A DNA stretch of 64,000 bases from Octopus vulgaris (GCA_951406725.2 OX597839.1:23746001-23810000); one strand, 5' to 3'. Shown: positions 39,143 through 54,094, numbered from the stretch's first letter. A program made the numbers and translations. Notes: generated by a model not told the origin, from the letters alone.

Positions 39143-40007
39143 TAGTTATCCATAAATTACCTTTACAACTTGAAAATTTCAGGAAAAAATGAAAAATACG
39201 AAAACTCTGCAGAGTTCATTGAAAAAAAAACATAGGCAAAGAAATAAAGTTTTATTAGAAACATCAAAACACTTCAGAGTGGGCTTCGATGGTCGCACAT
39301 AGCACACGTAAATGATAAACTGTGGAAGTTGTAAAGATAATTTATGAACATCTTGTACATTATATACAGAGTGTTACAACTTGAAAAATTCAGGGAAAAG
39401 TGGAAAATAAGAATAATTCAGCAGAATTTATTGAAAAACATTGACAAACAAATAAAGTTTTATTAGAAACATCAGAATACTTCAGCGTGGGCTCCATTGG
39501 TTCCACGCAACACATCTTGGCAATACGTTGTGGAAGTTGTAAAGATAATTTATAGACATCCTGTATATTATGTACACAGTATCCATAAATTACACTTACA
39601 ATTTGAAAAATGTTTTTTTAAATGTAAAATAAGGATAACTTAGCAGAGATCATTGAAAAAGATAGGCAAAGAAATAAAGTTTTATTAGAAACATCAGAAC
39701 AGTTCCATGTGGGTTCCATTGGTTGCACGCAACACATCTAGGCAATAGATGTGGAAGTTGTAAAGATAATTTATGGATATCCTGTATATTATGTACATAG
39801 TGTCCATAAATTACATTTACACTTTGAAAAATTCATAAGTAAATGAAAAATAAGGATAACTTAGCAGAATTTATTGGAAAACATAAGCAGAGAAATAAAG
39901 TTTTATTAGAAACATCAGAAAACTTTCACAAACTCTTATAAGTTATCTTAATCTTTCAATTTTTTCTGAACGTTTCAAATTGTAAGAGTAATTTATGGAC
40001 ACCCTGT
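39143..40007. mobile_element. Four tandem Tc1/mariner-type MITEs of about 215 bp
   Basis: Each unit is bounded by variants of CAGGGTGTCCATAAATTA...TAATTTATGGACACCCTG, with TA between units. Confidence 0.7.
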
Positions 40008-41299
40008 AGGTGTGGCTGTGGTAAGAAGCTTGTTTATCAACCACATGGTCCCAGGTTCGGTCCCACTGCATGGCACTTTTAAGCAAGTGTCTTCTATTAT
40101 AGCCTCTTGTCAATTGAAGATTTGTGAGTGGCTGTGGTAGATGGAAACTAAAAAAAGCCCATCACACGTGGATAAATATATACACATAAGTAAAAAAAAA
40201 CATTCGAAATACGATGTTGCTATTGTTAATACCATCTATGCTAAATATTTTTAAATTGATAATATTAACAGCAGTAACATAGGCGGTTCATAGGTTTAAT
40301 AACATAAAATATAAAATTAGTACGAAGCTTGGATCTTTTCCTTATCAACGGCAGTTTTCAACACAATTTCTTGATAAGTTTGCACACTTTTGGCAATGCC
40401 CAGGTCACTGTTTTGAGTGATGAAAATTTTGACATCAAATTCTAAATAAATATACGTCGGTCAGCTGGCAATGGTTAGTGGCATTTCATTCATCTTTATG
40501 TTATGAGTTCAAATTCCACCGAAGTCAACTTTACCTTTCATCCTTTCAAGATTGATAAAATAAGTACCAGTTAATCACTAGGGATCAATGTAATTGACTT
40601 TCTCCTCGCCTGAACTTGCTGTGGCTGAATTCCTTTCGAGTGTTGGGCCTCATGGAGGCAAGGTGGTTGAGTTCCTTCCAAATGTTGGGCCTCACAGAGG
40701 TAATGACCAAGATCTTTTGCATTATGTCATGCTGGAGAAGAAGGCCCATCAAGCAGAGTAAAATCAGAGTCATAGCAGATGCTGGTGTCACACAAATTCG
40801 TACCCATGCTGGTGGTATGTAAATGTACCTTGGTGTCACACAAATGGCACCCATGCCAGTCGCACAAAAAAGCACTCTGGGAGTGGTTGGCATCCAGCCA
40901 TAGAAAACCATGCCCAATCAGACTGGAGTCTGGTGCAGCCTTCCAGCATACCAGCCCGTCCCACCCATGCCAGCATGGACAATGGACATTAAATGATGAT
41001 GATGATGATTATAAATAAATGTTTAAGTGGAATTGACAGCTTTTGTGTGTTTCTGAATGGCTAACTTGTGTCTTCCATGCTGCAATTGTTTGAACTTTCA
41101 GTTGATCATCTCAGATCAAAGCAGTTGCTATGCAAACAGAATCCCCAAAAGATAGGTGTTCTCTCAGTAAATATATTTATTGTGTTGAGTCAAAAGTTTT
41201 GCAATATTTTGGCAACTCATTTGCCTTTTTCATCAAGTTACAACAAAAGCAGCCCAGCATTCAAAATAGATGAACATTAATGGAATTTGTAGTTTTGTG

Positions 41300-41630
41300 G
41301 TACCAGTGCCGGTGGCACATAAGAAAATCATCCGAACGTGGCCATAGCCAGTACCGCATCGACTAGCCTCCGTGCTGTGGGCACGTAACAAACACCATCC
41401 GATCGTGGCCGTTCGGCAGCCTCGTCTGGCACCTGTGTCGGTGGCACATAAAATCACCCACTACACTCTCGGAGTGGTTGGCGTTAGGAAGGGCATCCAG
41501 CTGTAGAAACACTGCCAGATCTGACTGACCTGGTGCAGCCTTCGGGCTCCCCAGACCCCAGTTGAACCATCCAACCCATGCTAGCATGGAAAACGGATGT
41601 TAAACGATGATGATGATGATGATGATGATG
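41300..41630 (+). mobile_element. (GAT)n-tailed SINE-like family C
   Basis: TTGGCGTTAGGAAGGGCATCCAGC...CCAACCCATGCTAGCATGGAAA..(GAT)n; copies at 32030-32325, 35460-35770(-), 40850-41008, 44195-44520(-), 55720-55870, 56500-56885, 57780-57958, 62585-62860. Confidence 0.75.
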
Positions 41631-41811
41631 ATCTGAAACCATCTCCCTGCCATTTCTTTGGTACTTAGGAATTAGTTTGAATCAAATGATAGGGAATAAT
41701 AACATCCTGCAAATGCTTCTGTCTTCAGTTTCACAGAGCTAAACCATTTCTAGGCAGTGTTCCATAACATCTTGTAATGTCTCTGGTTCCAATGTCCTAA
41801 TTTCTTATTAA

Positions 41812-42339
41812 CCCTTTCAATAATAACCCGGCTGAAACCATCCCTGGTTCTGTAGTACAAATGTCTGGTTTTCAAAAGTTCTGAATTAAAATCTTCCATC
41901 AAGCCTTAGTCACAATTTATGTTCCTAACACTAGCTTAATGATAACGAAGTTATTTTACTAAATTCTTTGTTATATTTAAAATTAAGTGAAAGAAACACA
42001 GATAATCTCAACAGAAATATGGTAACAAAAGGGTTAAAGACAGTCAGTCAAATGTGTCTTCAATTTGCACAAGATTTGGCTGCTTTTTCTAACAAGTGAA
42101 ACAACTATGTGAAACAAAACCTGCAAATAAACCTTTTTGATAGCAACCCAGCTGAAACCACCTCTGGCTCAGTAGTACAAATGTCTTGTTTTCAAAAGTC
42201 CTAAATTAAAATCTTCCACAGTTTATGTTCCTAACACTAGCTTAATGATAACAAAGTTATTTTACCAAATTCTTTGTTACATTTAAAATTAATTGAAAGA
42301 AACACAGAGCATCTCAACAGAAATATGGTAACAAAAGGG
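41812..42339. mobile_element. Two adjacent piggyBac-type MITEs (41812-42033, about 42132-42339)
   Basis: TTAA|CCCTTT...AAAAGGG|TTAA termini. Confidence 0.75.
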
Positions 42340-43564
42340 TTAACTGTTATTTCTCAATTCCTGCACTGTTTCAATCCAAAATAAATACATGTAAAGAGGG
42401 AGGAAAATATATTTAATTCTTAATTTTAAAAACTATCCAATTGTTTAAAAATGGAAACCGACTCTTGTGCCACCCTATGTAACCATGGGTTGTAGCTTAG
42501 GACTTAAAGTATTTGGTTCATGATCATAAGGCTGTGAGTTCAATTCCTGGCAGTGTGTTGTGTCCTTGAGCAAGACACTTTATTCCACATTGCTCCAGTC
42601 CACTCAACTGGCAAAACTGAGTTGTACCTGTAATTCATAGGGGGCCAGCCTTGTCACATTCTATGTTATGCTGAATCCCCTTGAGAACTATGTCAAGGGT
42701 ACACATGTCTGTGGAGTTCTCAGCCACTTGCACGTTAATTTCACCTGCATGATGTTCTGTTGACTGGATCACCTGGAATCCTTGTCACCATAACCTACGG
42801 AATGCCAGTTACAATAGGTGAGAGGTGGGAAAGAGCTGTGACCTTCTTCTTGGAGAAGACTCTGATCTAAGCATCTCCACTGATCAGCAGAATATTCTAT
42901 GATGGAATAGGGTCAGTCTGGAGATTATGGACAACTTCCTGATTTGACAGTGGCACCAACGGTGATGCAGATGTCGCAGGTTCAAGATAAACTCTACATA
43001 CAGTAGGTGTAGGCATGGCTGTGTGGTAAGAAGTTCACTTCCCAACCACATGATTCTGGGTTCGGTCCTACCACATGGTGCCTTGGGCTGGGCTGACCTA
43101 AGCCTTGTGAGTAGATTTTGTTGATGGAAACTGAGGGAAGCCTGTCATATATTTGTGTGCGTGTATGTGTGTGTGTGACCATTTTCCACTTTCACTTGGT
43201 TTGTGTATGTCCCCATAACTTAGCAGTTCAGAAAAAGAGACTAATAAAATAAGTACCAGGCTTTAAAAAAATGATTAAGCATCAGGGTTGATTCATTCTC
43301 GAAGGTGGTGCCCCAGCATGGTCACAGTCTAATGACTGAAACAAGCAAAAAGTAATTATTTTAAAGCTGGTTTAAGGATAACAATGGAACATTTACTACA
43401 AGTAGGCAGAGTGCTCAATATTGAAAGTAGAGTCAAATATGTTGCAAAATTGTGCAAATTAGGGTTTCAAATTTCACCTAACACCTTATTCACATTCACA
43501 CCTTATTCATATTTCACCCCTACACACATAAATGTACATGCATATTTGCATGTGAGTGAGTGTA

Positions 43565-43643
<79 letters not shown>

Positions 43644-43699
43644 TTCCATACATATACATTAGTCCCTTTTTCAATTTCCATGATTTGATTGTATAAGCA

Positions 43700-44162
43700 T
43701 AATAGATGTTTGTCTTGTGTTTTAAGTAAATATGTGATAGAGGGAAAACGACCATCTTTGGTTTCAAGACAAAAGGTGTTCTTCCATCAGGATAATACTC
43801 GGCCACATAAAGCGAGGATGACATTCCAAAGGTTGGATCAGTTTGAAAGGGAAACGATGCCCCACCCACCATATTTACTGGACATTGCCTCATCTGAATA
43901 TCATTTATTCCACAGTCTTCAAAATCATTTGGACAGTAAAAATATGAATTCTGTAGACAAGGTCAGAACAGTACTGGAGAAGTATTTTTCATCATGAACA
44001 AGTGAATTTTGGAAGAGGGGCCTTGCAAGTCTACCAGATAGATGGGAGAGCATTGTAGAAAATGAAGGAGAGGATATTTTAGATTGAAAAAGAACTTTGT
44101 TTATCTTAATTCTGAAAAATGAAAGAATTATAAAAATCTGCATTATTTATGGGATGACCCAA
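43700..44162 (+). mobile_element. mariner 3' fragment with right TIR
   Basis: HQDNTRPH...HPPYLLDIASSEYHLFHSLQNHL matches the mariner HDNARPH...HPPYSPDLAPSDY motif; ends ATTATTTATGGGATGACCCAA followed by TA. Confidence 0.85.
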
Positions 44163-44547
44163 TATACATATATATATACACACACACACTCATATCATCA
44201 TCATCATCGTTTAAACGTCCACTTTCCATGCTGGCATGGGTTGGACGGTTCAACTGGGGTCTGGGAAGCCAGAAGGCTGCACCAGGCCCAGTCTGATCTG
44301 GCAGTGTTTCTACGGCTGGATGCCCTTCCTAACGCCAACCACTCCGTGAGTGTAGTGGGTGATTTTTACATGCCACCTGCACAGGGGCCAGACGAGGCTG
44401 GCAAACAGCCATGATCGGATGGTGCTTTTTACGTGCCACCGGCACGGACGCCAGTCGGGGCAGCGCTGGGAATGGCCACGCTCGGATGGTTCTCTTACGT
44501 GCCACCGGCACTGGTACCACAGCTACAATTTCCATTGATGTTGATCG

Positions 44548-44615
<68 letters not shown>

Positions 44616-44619
44616 ATAT

Positions 44620-44654
<35 letters not shown>

Positions 44655-45341
44655 TGTGTATTCAAAGGATATTTTTGCTGTAGTAGTTTTTGCTGTTCTG
44701 ATCCAACAGATTTATGTTCAACAAATAGAAACCAGAAAGAGATTATTAAAATGTTACATATGGTTCCGCCAAATGGAGCTTAACCCTTCAGTTACCAAAT
44801 TTCTGTCGAAATGCATTACTTTAGCTTGATTAACTTTGAAAATGGTGAAGAATTTAATAAAATAATTATTGTTATTAAGTTAGTGTTTGCAATATAAATT
44901 CACATAAAATTTTGATGAAAGTTTGTAATTTAAATCAGGTTGAAATAAGGAATTAGAATCATAGATATGAGAGGTGGCGTCTCAGATGAGTTGATATTAA
45001 AAGACATTAACAAAAATATTAAACAGAACAACCAGACATCACCCACGAACAAGTAGGACTTTGCAGTATGGACTGTGCCATGCTTTTGCTGTTTCATGGA
45101 CGCTCTTGGCTGGCACCTTCAGCTCTCTGTCACCATAGGTGCAGGAGTGGCTGCATGGTGAGAAGCTTGCTTCCCAAGCACATGGTTCCAGGTTCAGTCC
45201 CACTGTGCGGCACCTTGCGCAGGTGTCTTCTATTATAGCCTCGGGCCAACCAGAGCCCTGTGAGTGGATTTCGTAGACGGAAACTGAAAGAAGCCTGTTG
45301 TGTGTGCGTGTGTGTGTATCTGTGTGTGTGTGTGTGTATAT

Positions 45342-45798
45342 CAAGGGTGGGGAAACTTTTTAGAGTGATGGGCAAAGATTTCCAAAGAGAAAGGTCCATG
45401 GGCGGACCACAAATTCTAACTCTTATATCTGTGTAAATCCATGTATAATTTGATATACATTAATAAAGATAAGCTTAACACATTAAATTAATGCACTGGA
45501 TTTAGGACGTTTATATTACTTATGAGGTATTCTATATTTTTCAGCTTGAGTGTAGTTGGGTCTCAAGGGGGTGGTACAAACCTAGCAATACGTGTTTTAT
45601 AGTGAAAACAAAATTTCCATTCAAATGGCAATTACCGGACGATTTCTGACCATTTTAAGTCGTAGTGGAAACGTGACCTATGTCGCAAATAGGTATACGA
45701 GTATTGTATAAATTTTGAGTGAAAAATTGACTATATTTTGTACATATGATTATATCAGCTTGGGGGCGCAGTTGCACCTGCAGGTTTCCCCACCCCTA
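45342..45798. mobile_element. hAT-type MITE
   Basis: TIRs CAAGGGTGGGGAAAC / GTTTCCCCACCCCT, inserted in the microsatellite of a SINE A copy. Confidence 0.6.
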
Positions 45799-46166
45799 AT
45801 ATATATATATATATATATATATACACACTTTATTTAAAGCAGCAGAAAATTCAACAAAACCTGTTACTCTGAGTTTCACGGCAACGTGAAACTCAGAGTA
45901 ACAGGTTTTGTTGAATTTTCTGCTGCTTTAAATAAAGCATATTACTCTACCACTGGTATTTGAGTACTCTTTTTTCCACCTTGTTTCATATTTATGTGTT
46001 TACTCCGGTATATATATATATATATATATATGCCAGATCTGACTGGGCCTGATGAAGCCTTCTGGCTTCACAGACCCCAGTTGAACCTTCCAACCCATGC
46101 TAGCATGGAAAACGGACGCTAAATGATGATGATGATGATGATGAAGTATATATGTGTATGTATGTT

Positions 46167-46208
<42 letters not shown>

Positions 46209-46339
46209 GCTTCCCATCAATAAAGGGTTTAGTTTTATGGCATATTGTTAGATCCCATAAACCTGATGGCCTGTGACCTCTTCAAGATATGGAGGAGGAA
46301 ATGTCTTTATATATGACATATGTGTGTGTGTGTGTGTGT

Positions 46340-46391
<52 letters not shown>

Positions 46392-47567
46392 CCATGATTG
46401 TAGGTATTTATATATATATATGTACATGCATATATATATACATGTATATATATATATATGTACATGCATATATATATATACATACACATATATATATATA
46501 TATACATAGATATATACATGCATGTGTATGTATATATGTGTGTATGTATGAATATATATATGTATGTATACTATTCCACCATCAACTACTTCTCTCCTAT
46601 AAATGTTGACTTTATGCAAATGTAAGAAAATAAGTAGATTGTAATATATCCAAGAAGAAAAAAAACAGAAAAGAAAAGGGGATTGAGAATGGAGGGGATG
46701 GGGAAGACGTAAACGAGGGGGAGGGAGCAGGAGGAGCTGGAGGAGAAGGTAAAGGAGAAGGGGAGAAAGATATAGAGAGAATGAAATGAAAGTGAAACTA
46801 AAAAAGGTGAAAAAAAGAAGGAGAGGATAGTGAATGAGTTAGAAAGAGAAACAAGGAGAGAGAAATGAAGAATAAGTCTTCGATCGATTCACAAGAATTG
46901 AATAAAGAAAAAGAAGAATTTTTTTTTCACGATATTACCATAAAGTTATTCTGTTATTAAAGGAATCGTCAATGAAGTAACAAGAATCGATTGTAGAACA
47001 CCTGCTCCTTGATACACGTAGTTACATACATCGATATGTAATTATCAGGGAAATATATGCATGTGTGTTTGCACCTAATTTAAATATGCAGTCATTTTTC
47101 GCTTTATTGGTAACGCTTATTATTCCGGCAAGGAGATAGCGAAAATTTTATGACTCATTGACATTATTGGTAGCTAATATATTGGCATTATTCATTGGAA
47201 GCTTGCTTAGGTATGCCTTAAACTCCAACTTGTACACACACACACACACACCCACGCACAGGCAGGCACACAGATGCACACACATACAAACACATATACA
47301 TGCACACTTGTGAGCATGAGAATTCATATAAATATTACACTATTATGTTGCATATACACACAAATATATGCACGTTTTTGATATATATATAATATATATA
47401 TACCGTACATATATATATATATATATATATATACAGTATATATATATTATATATATATATATATCAAAAACGTGCATATATTTGTGTGTATATGCAACAT
47501 AATATATATATATATATATATACTGTACATATGTGTGTGTGTATGTATGTATATTATAAATAGATAA

Positions 47568-47624
<57 letters not shown>

Positions 47625-48329
47625 TAGCTACACACACACACACACACACACACACATGCAAGGTTTCAATTTAGATCACTTTAACTCTTTTATTTCCAAA
47701 TTTCTGTTGAACTACATTGCCTTAGTTTCAATTAATATTGAAAATAACAAAGAATTTAATAGAATAATTTTGTCCTAATTAATCTGGTGTTTGGAACCTA
47801 AATGAACATGAAATTTTGATTGAAGTTTTTAATTCAGATCACTTCAACCCTTTTCTTACCTTAATTCTGTTGAAATATGCTGCCTTTGTTTCAATTTTTT
47901 TGAATATAATAAAAAGAATTTAGTAAAATAACTTAGTCGTTGTTCATCTGATTCATACACTATGGATTATGAACAAATGATTGGGTTCAAATATGTATGC
48001 AGTGAAATTTATTTCCATATGTGTGTGCGTGTGTATAATGTATATCAAATTTTAAGATTATTATTGTAAAGCAAGTTTAAGAATAACTACAAACCATGCA
48101 CAGATGAGTTGTCTCTATACAGGCTGTAGAAGAGTCAAATATATTACCACAATCATTTTTGAGAGGGACAGGATTGGTTGAACTGAGAGGCAAAACTTGA
48201 CACCCCAGTCAATTTAATTATATACATACATATATATACATACATACACACACACTCACACACGTATATATATATATATATATGTGTATATATATATATA
48301 TGTGTGTGTGTTTATATATATATGTGTGT

Positions 48330-48368
<39 letters not shown>

Positions 48369-48458
48369 CATATATCATGGCACTCTGTCACCAGTAATAT
48401 ATTTATATATATATATATGAATATATACATATATACAATTATATACATAAATGCATAC

Positions 48459-48506
<48 letters not shown>

Positions 48507-48717
48507 AGAGTTTACGAAAAAAACAAAAGATGAAGACAGGTTGTGTACAAAACAAACAGATGTATTAGTATAACGCTCAGGAATAGAAAAAGTCTTTTAC
48601 ATTTCAAGCCTACACTCTTCTACAGAAAGGGACACAGAAAAAACAAGGAGAGAAAAAAATGTGTGTAGTGGCTAACAATTAATCATGGCGACTATGTATA
48701 TATATATATATATATAT

Positions 48718-50767
48718 AGGTTATAAAATGAGATAGGGGTTGAAAATTCAACCCACCATGGGATAATATATATCCAATATACTGCTAGATAGGTACCCAA
48801 CAAAAATTAATACATAGATGTTAGAAATTGTCAAGCAATCAGTTCATCTATTGTATTAAATGGGTAAGGGTAATAATATTACCGTAAATTAATACTACAA
48901 AATTAGAGAATGGAGAAACATACTTAAATCAATAAAGCATCAACTATCCGATGATACTCAATCCATACTTTAATACACCATTACATAGGAGTAAAGGCAA
49001 TATATAAAATGAAATGAGATATACAGTAATAGTAAAAGTAAAAGTAAATTCCACTATTATCAATTTTTTAATTCCCTTCTTTAACTAAATATACCTGTGG
49101 TCTTCTATAATTCTAAAGTATACATTTTATAAATTTCATAATTTTATAATTTTTATAGCTACATTTGTATAATAACTAATTGCATGTGTCTAGTATTATT
49201 GGTTTCTTGGTTTTTGTATGTGGGTTTTTGTTTGTTTTTTTTTAAGAGAAATGCAATATGACATAAAATAACATATTCATTTTGGTATTTGCCTTGTAAT
49301 GTGTGATTTTTGAAGTTTTCCAATATTGCATAGTATATTGCAAAGTATATATGTATATCTTGGTTAGATACCTAGCTCTGGATAATGTAATGATATTGTA
49401 TAATATGTAATATATGAGAGCCTTTTGTGAGTTTGGTGGGTTTAGGTTGAGATTATGGGTTTTTTGTATGTGCTGATTTGGAAGGTTTTTATTATATATT
49501 TGGTCTTTTTGTACTCACCTTAATTTGTATCTTATGTTATTCACTGATAAACCTTTTTCATTTTTTTCATTTTCTCATTTACATGCATTTTGCTTTATAA
49601 TTGTTACCAGCCTCATATATTTAGTTTATATCTATAGTCCTCTGGATCTGTACTTTAAACTATCCTTCCATACATATTTACTTTCAACAATATAAAATAT
49701 ATATATCCACTTTATTTATTTTTATTTATTTCCCATTTTATTGTAATATTATCAATATTTGCATCTAGTCTTCTATTTATTTATTTATTTGCCTATTTAA
49801 GTGTGGATGTTTACATACATATCAAGTCATTTAATTTGTTACCTATTTATTCTTTACTTATTTACTTATACTGGTGTAGTTTTATACATACATATCTATC
49901 ATTTATTTTTATTTATTTTAATAATATATGAATACATATATACTAGTTTGTACTTATAATTATGTGTATAACCGTATTTATTCCTTCGTATTTATTCCTT
50001 TTTATTTATTTTATCTCTTTTCATATTAAGTCTTTATAATATAAAATTTATTTAAAATTTCTGTGATGTTCTCATAAGCGTTTACATTAATACTTCCCCC
50101 TCTATTTTTTATTGCCTAAACTGGTATATTTTGGCACTATATTTATTAAGTTAATAAGTGACTTATTTATAATATCTAAATTAATATATTTTATATTTTA
50201 TATTTTATAATTTAGCGTACTTTAAATCATAACAAACTTACGATAAACCTAACAACCGTATGTTTACTCTGCAACTAACCGGTGTTACAAATTTTAAGTT
50301 ACCCATGAAATAATTATCTGAATTAGTAACATACTGATATTTAAAAATATATTTATATCTAAATTAAATATTTTATAGAATGCATGGATGGTTCTTTTTT
50401 TGTTATTGAGGCTCAGTTATAATTTTGAAGGACTTAGTGTTAGCATGGTTGCTTCCCTATTTGTTTATCTAAGTGTTAGTTGTTGCTTATGATTATGTAT
50501 ATGTACAAGTGTATGTATATACATATAACTATGTGTGTATGTGCGATTGATCTGTAGATGCGTGTGTGAATATTGGCGTTCCCTGACTAACCAACCGTAT
50601 AATTTTCTTTTGTGATTTAAATTTCAAACCAATAGCCAATCGAATTAATCTAAATTTTCTTTACCTAGTGGTCAGCATTTCTTAACTCATAGTTATTTCG
50701 ATCTTGGAAGGATGGACTTGGTGATAACTTAACTGTATCTATTTTTATTATTTTTTATTATTATTAC

Positions 50768-50801
<34 letters not shown>

Positions 50802-51470
50802 AGTAATTTTTATTAACTTTTATAGCTTTAGAATTTTATGAACTGTACCACGGATTTAATTATTATTATTTTTCATCTCCATATGTGTTAGCCCCTTTTT
50901 TTTATAAAAAAAACTATTAGCTAAATATGTATGATATCGGTACTTATTAATATTATATATACACTGTTATATATTTTGTTTTATTTTGTTCTGGTTACCT
51001 TCCTTTTTGTACAAATATGTATTATATTATACAAGTGTAGCATTATGATGTATAAGTTTTTATATTTTACTTTTTTATATTTTTATATTTATATGTATAT
51101 GATTATATAATATTTTTCACTATTATAACAAATTTAATTTAATTCTCTGAAGAGGCCGTGGGGCATCTTTGTTAATGCCTCATTTATACCTGCCTTTATG
51201 GCTTATAGGTTAAATGAGGTATGACTGTCCTCACTGCCGAAACAGCTGTCAGTTTTGATTTATTTGCATATTGTATTTGTAATTTTTTACTTATATCTCT
51301 TTATCTTTTTACTTTTACTTTTACTTTTACTATTACTGTATATCTCATTTCATTTTATATATTGCCTTTACTCCTATGTAATGGTGTATTAAAGTATGGA
51401 TTGAGTATCATCGGATAGTTGATGCTTTATTGATTTAAGTATGTTTCTCCATTCTCTAATTTTGTAGTAT
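48718..51470. mobile_element. AT-rich Penelope-type insertion with inverted terminal segment
   Basis: About 48892-49048 is the reverse complement of about 51313-51470; both ends sit in (TA)n; contains a hammerhead motif. No clear ORF. Confidence 0.55.
51145..51252 (+). ncRNA. Type I hammerhead ribozyme-like motif
   Basis: CTGAAGA (51147-51153), long stem II, GAAA (51239-51242), palindromic C-AGCT-G stem III, GTC cleavage triplet (51248-51250); stem I only 2 bp. Confidence 0.55.
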
Positions 51471-52269
51471 ATATATATATATATATATTGTTTGTTTATC
51501 TATTACATTATATTATAAGATTATAAAAAAAAATAATTTGTTATGTTAATAAATTTTAATTTGTGAATTGACAATTATACATCCCCATTTTCTATTCACT
51601 TTTATAAATTTAATATACACCCATGTGATTTGTTAAGTTTTTCTCTACAAAAATTGGTATTAAACAGTGGAGTTAGTGAAAGATTGGATGTTTTTGCCTC
51701 TATTTTCCTTGTATATATATATTGTGTGTATATGAAATAATTGGAGATACACAATACAAACAATTCAGACACTTGAAGAACTCAATACAATAATGTAGAG
51801 TAGATAATGAATTATATTCTACTTTGAAATGACAAAGACTGCCGCTCAAAGTTTCATGTCTTACTAATTCTTACTGATTTTAGGCCTCGAGAGAAAAAAA
51901 ACTTAGAAGCAATCTTATGTAAATATACGGAATGAAATACAAAAACATTTGTATATTCTCTGTAACAATATATAATGTTATAATGTAGATAAATATATAA
52001 TCTTTTAATGCTATGTTATTGTATAAAGGTGTCTGCTATCCACCAACTGGTCTTTTTGACATATGATAACAAAAATAACCAATATTTATTGCATGTTAAA
52101 CAAACAAAAAAAATGTTTGTTTTACAGCAAAGATTAATATATGATGCAGCTATTTGGTTTTGTTGCTGATATCTGATTGAAAATATTCTAGCAAATGTTT
52201 TGATTTGCAGTGACATAATGGTATTAATTTTGATGTGTGCTTAGGATGGAGTTTCTGTGAAACAAGATG

Positions 52270-52925
52270 TTTATTTCGTTTTTTGTATTTTGTTTGCAAG
52301 ATTCTTGATTTGAACTGAAGTGTTGAAACAGGATTTGTTGCATCTCAAGAGGGTCATTATGCCAATAATATATTCACTATTTTCTGAGAGACAAAGACCA
52401 CAGCTATTGCTACCTTGTTTGAAATGTGTTGCAATGTATATCCACATGATTTTATGGCCTCTAGCATTGTCTCTGGAGACAAGTTTATCAAAATACATAT
52501 GTATTGAGATGAACTTGTCTCCAAAGATCTTCCCAAATTTCTAAAAGAATGTTCATACTGATTAAATTATTCCTTAAAATTATTCTTAGTCAATCCAATT
52601 TTTTTTCTCTTCATCTTTGTTTTTTGGTTTTTTTTTTTTTTGTGACTGAATTGTCAGCTATAAAAATATTTACAAAAGATATGAATCTTTCTAGAATTTA
52701 TGGTGTTTAGAAGTAGGAAGTATTGTAGATGATTTTCTAAGATTTTTACATGTGATGTTTGCTATTTCAATGGTTAAAATAGGTGCACAGCTGAAACTAA
52801 ATTTAACCTTATTTCTATTAAAACATCTTAATATTTATGATTCGTTAGGAAATGCTTAATTAATAAATAAAAGATTTAACAAATCATCTGCATACATTGA
52901 AACCAATGGGGTATTGAACCAAATG
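52270..52925 (-). mobile_element. Penelope-like element remnant (linker + GIY-YIG endonuclease C-terminus)
   Basis: Broken minus-strand reading IWFNTP, KHF..HK..FNRNKVKFSFSC, HSFRN..ETS.SQYI, KIMW, CGLCLSE, matching the PLE IWFNPP...KLSYSC...CxLCLxEK motif order. Confidence 0.7.
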
Positions 52926-53194
52926 TGTGAGTAGGACAGTTCTGTGTGGGTGGGCATTTGGCTACCGATGAATGCTGAAGAGTTTGCATGCATTTGGGGA
53001 GGTGAGTTTCTATTTGATTATAATAATTCCCTGTCATTTAATTTTTTTGCTTTCCCTCCATGTTTCTCAAACTTTCTGGTATTCCTTCTAGTTTCTTCTC
53101 CCTCTGTTACACATCCTCCCTCCGCTAACATTTAACTACCTCACACTTACCCTATCTTTATTTCCCTTTCTTTTTCCTTCTCTCTCTTTCTCTT

Positions 53195-53198
53195 ACTG

Positions 53199-53245
<47 letters not shown>

Positions 53246-53347
53246 ACACATCTGTCTATCTATATATCAGTCTACTTACCTATCTACCTACCTACCTACA
53301 TACCTATTTTTTATATCTATCTGTCTACCTATCTATCTATCTAACTA

Positions 53348-53379
<32 letters not shown>

Positions 53380-53432
53380 CCTACCTATCTATTTTTTTAT
53401 ATCTATCTGTCTATCTATCAGTCTACCTATCC

Positions 53433-53524
<92 letters not shown>

Positions 53525-53701
53525 GTCTATCTAACTATCTGTCTGTCTATCTATCTATCTACCTATCTAACTATCTTTTTATATCTATCTGTCTGTCTAT
53601 CTATCTATCTACCTATCTATCTATCTTTTTATATCTATCTGTCTGTCTATCTTTCTGTCTACCTACCTATCTATCTGTTTACCTATCTATCTATCTAACT
53701 A

Positions 53702-53733
<32 letters not shown>

Positions 53734-53900
53734 CCTACCTAGCTATCTTTTTATATCTATTTGTCTATCTATCAGTCTACCTACCTATCTATCTGTCTAT
53801 TTCTTTCTATCTATCTATCTATCTATCTTTCTGTCTATCTACCTATCTATCTATCTGTCTGTCTATCTATCAGTCTACCTACCTACCTATCTATCTATCT
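53195..53900. repeat. (CTAT/CTGT)n microsatellite
   Basis: Direct reading. Confidence 0.95.
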
Positions 53901-54094
53901 ATGTCTACCTGCTTATCTCCCTCCATCCATCCATCTCTATCTTTTTCCTTCTTTTTCTCTCCCTTGATCTGTGAATGCGTTTTACTCTCCTTCCCCATTG
54001 TCCTTTGCCAATTCAGGGTAACATTTCAACTGTCCTGAGTGTTCATCTATCTTCTCTGCTTTTCATTCCAGAGACTAATGCACATGAACACACA

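Noticed and set aside
51870-51935. Alternative exon 2 after TTACTGATTTTAG
   Set aside because: In phase 1 it stops after about 6 codons; far weaker than the 63677 exon.
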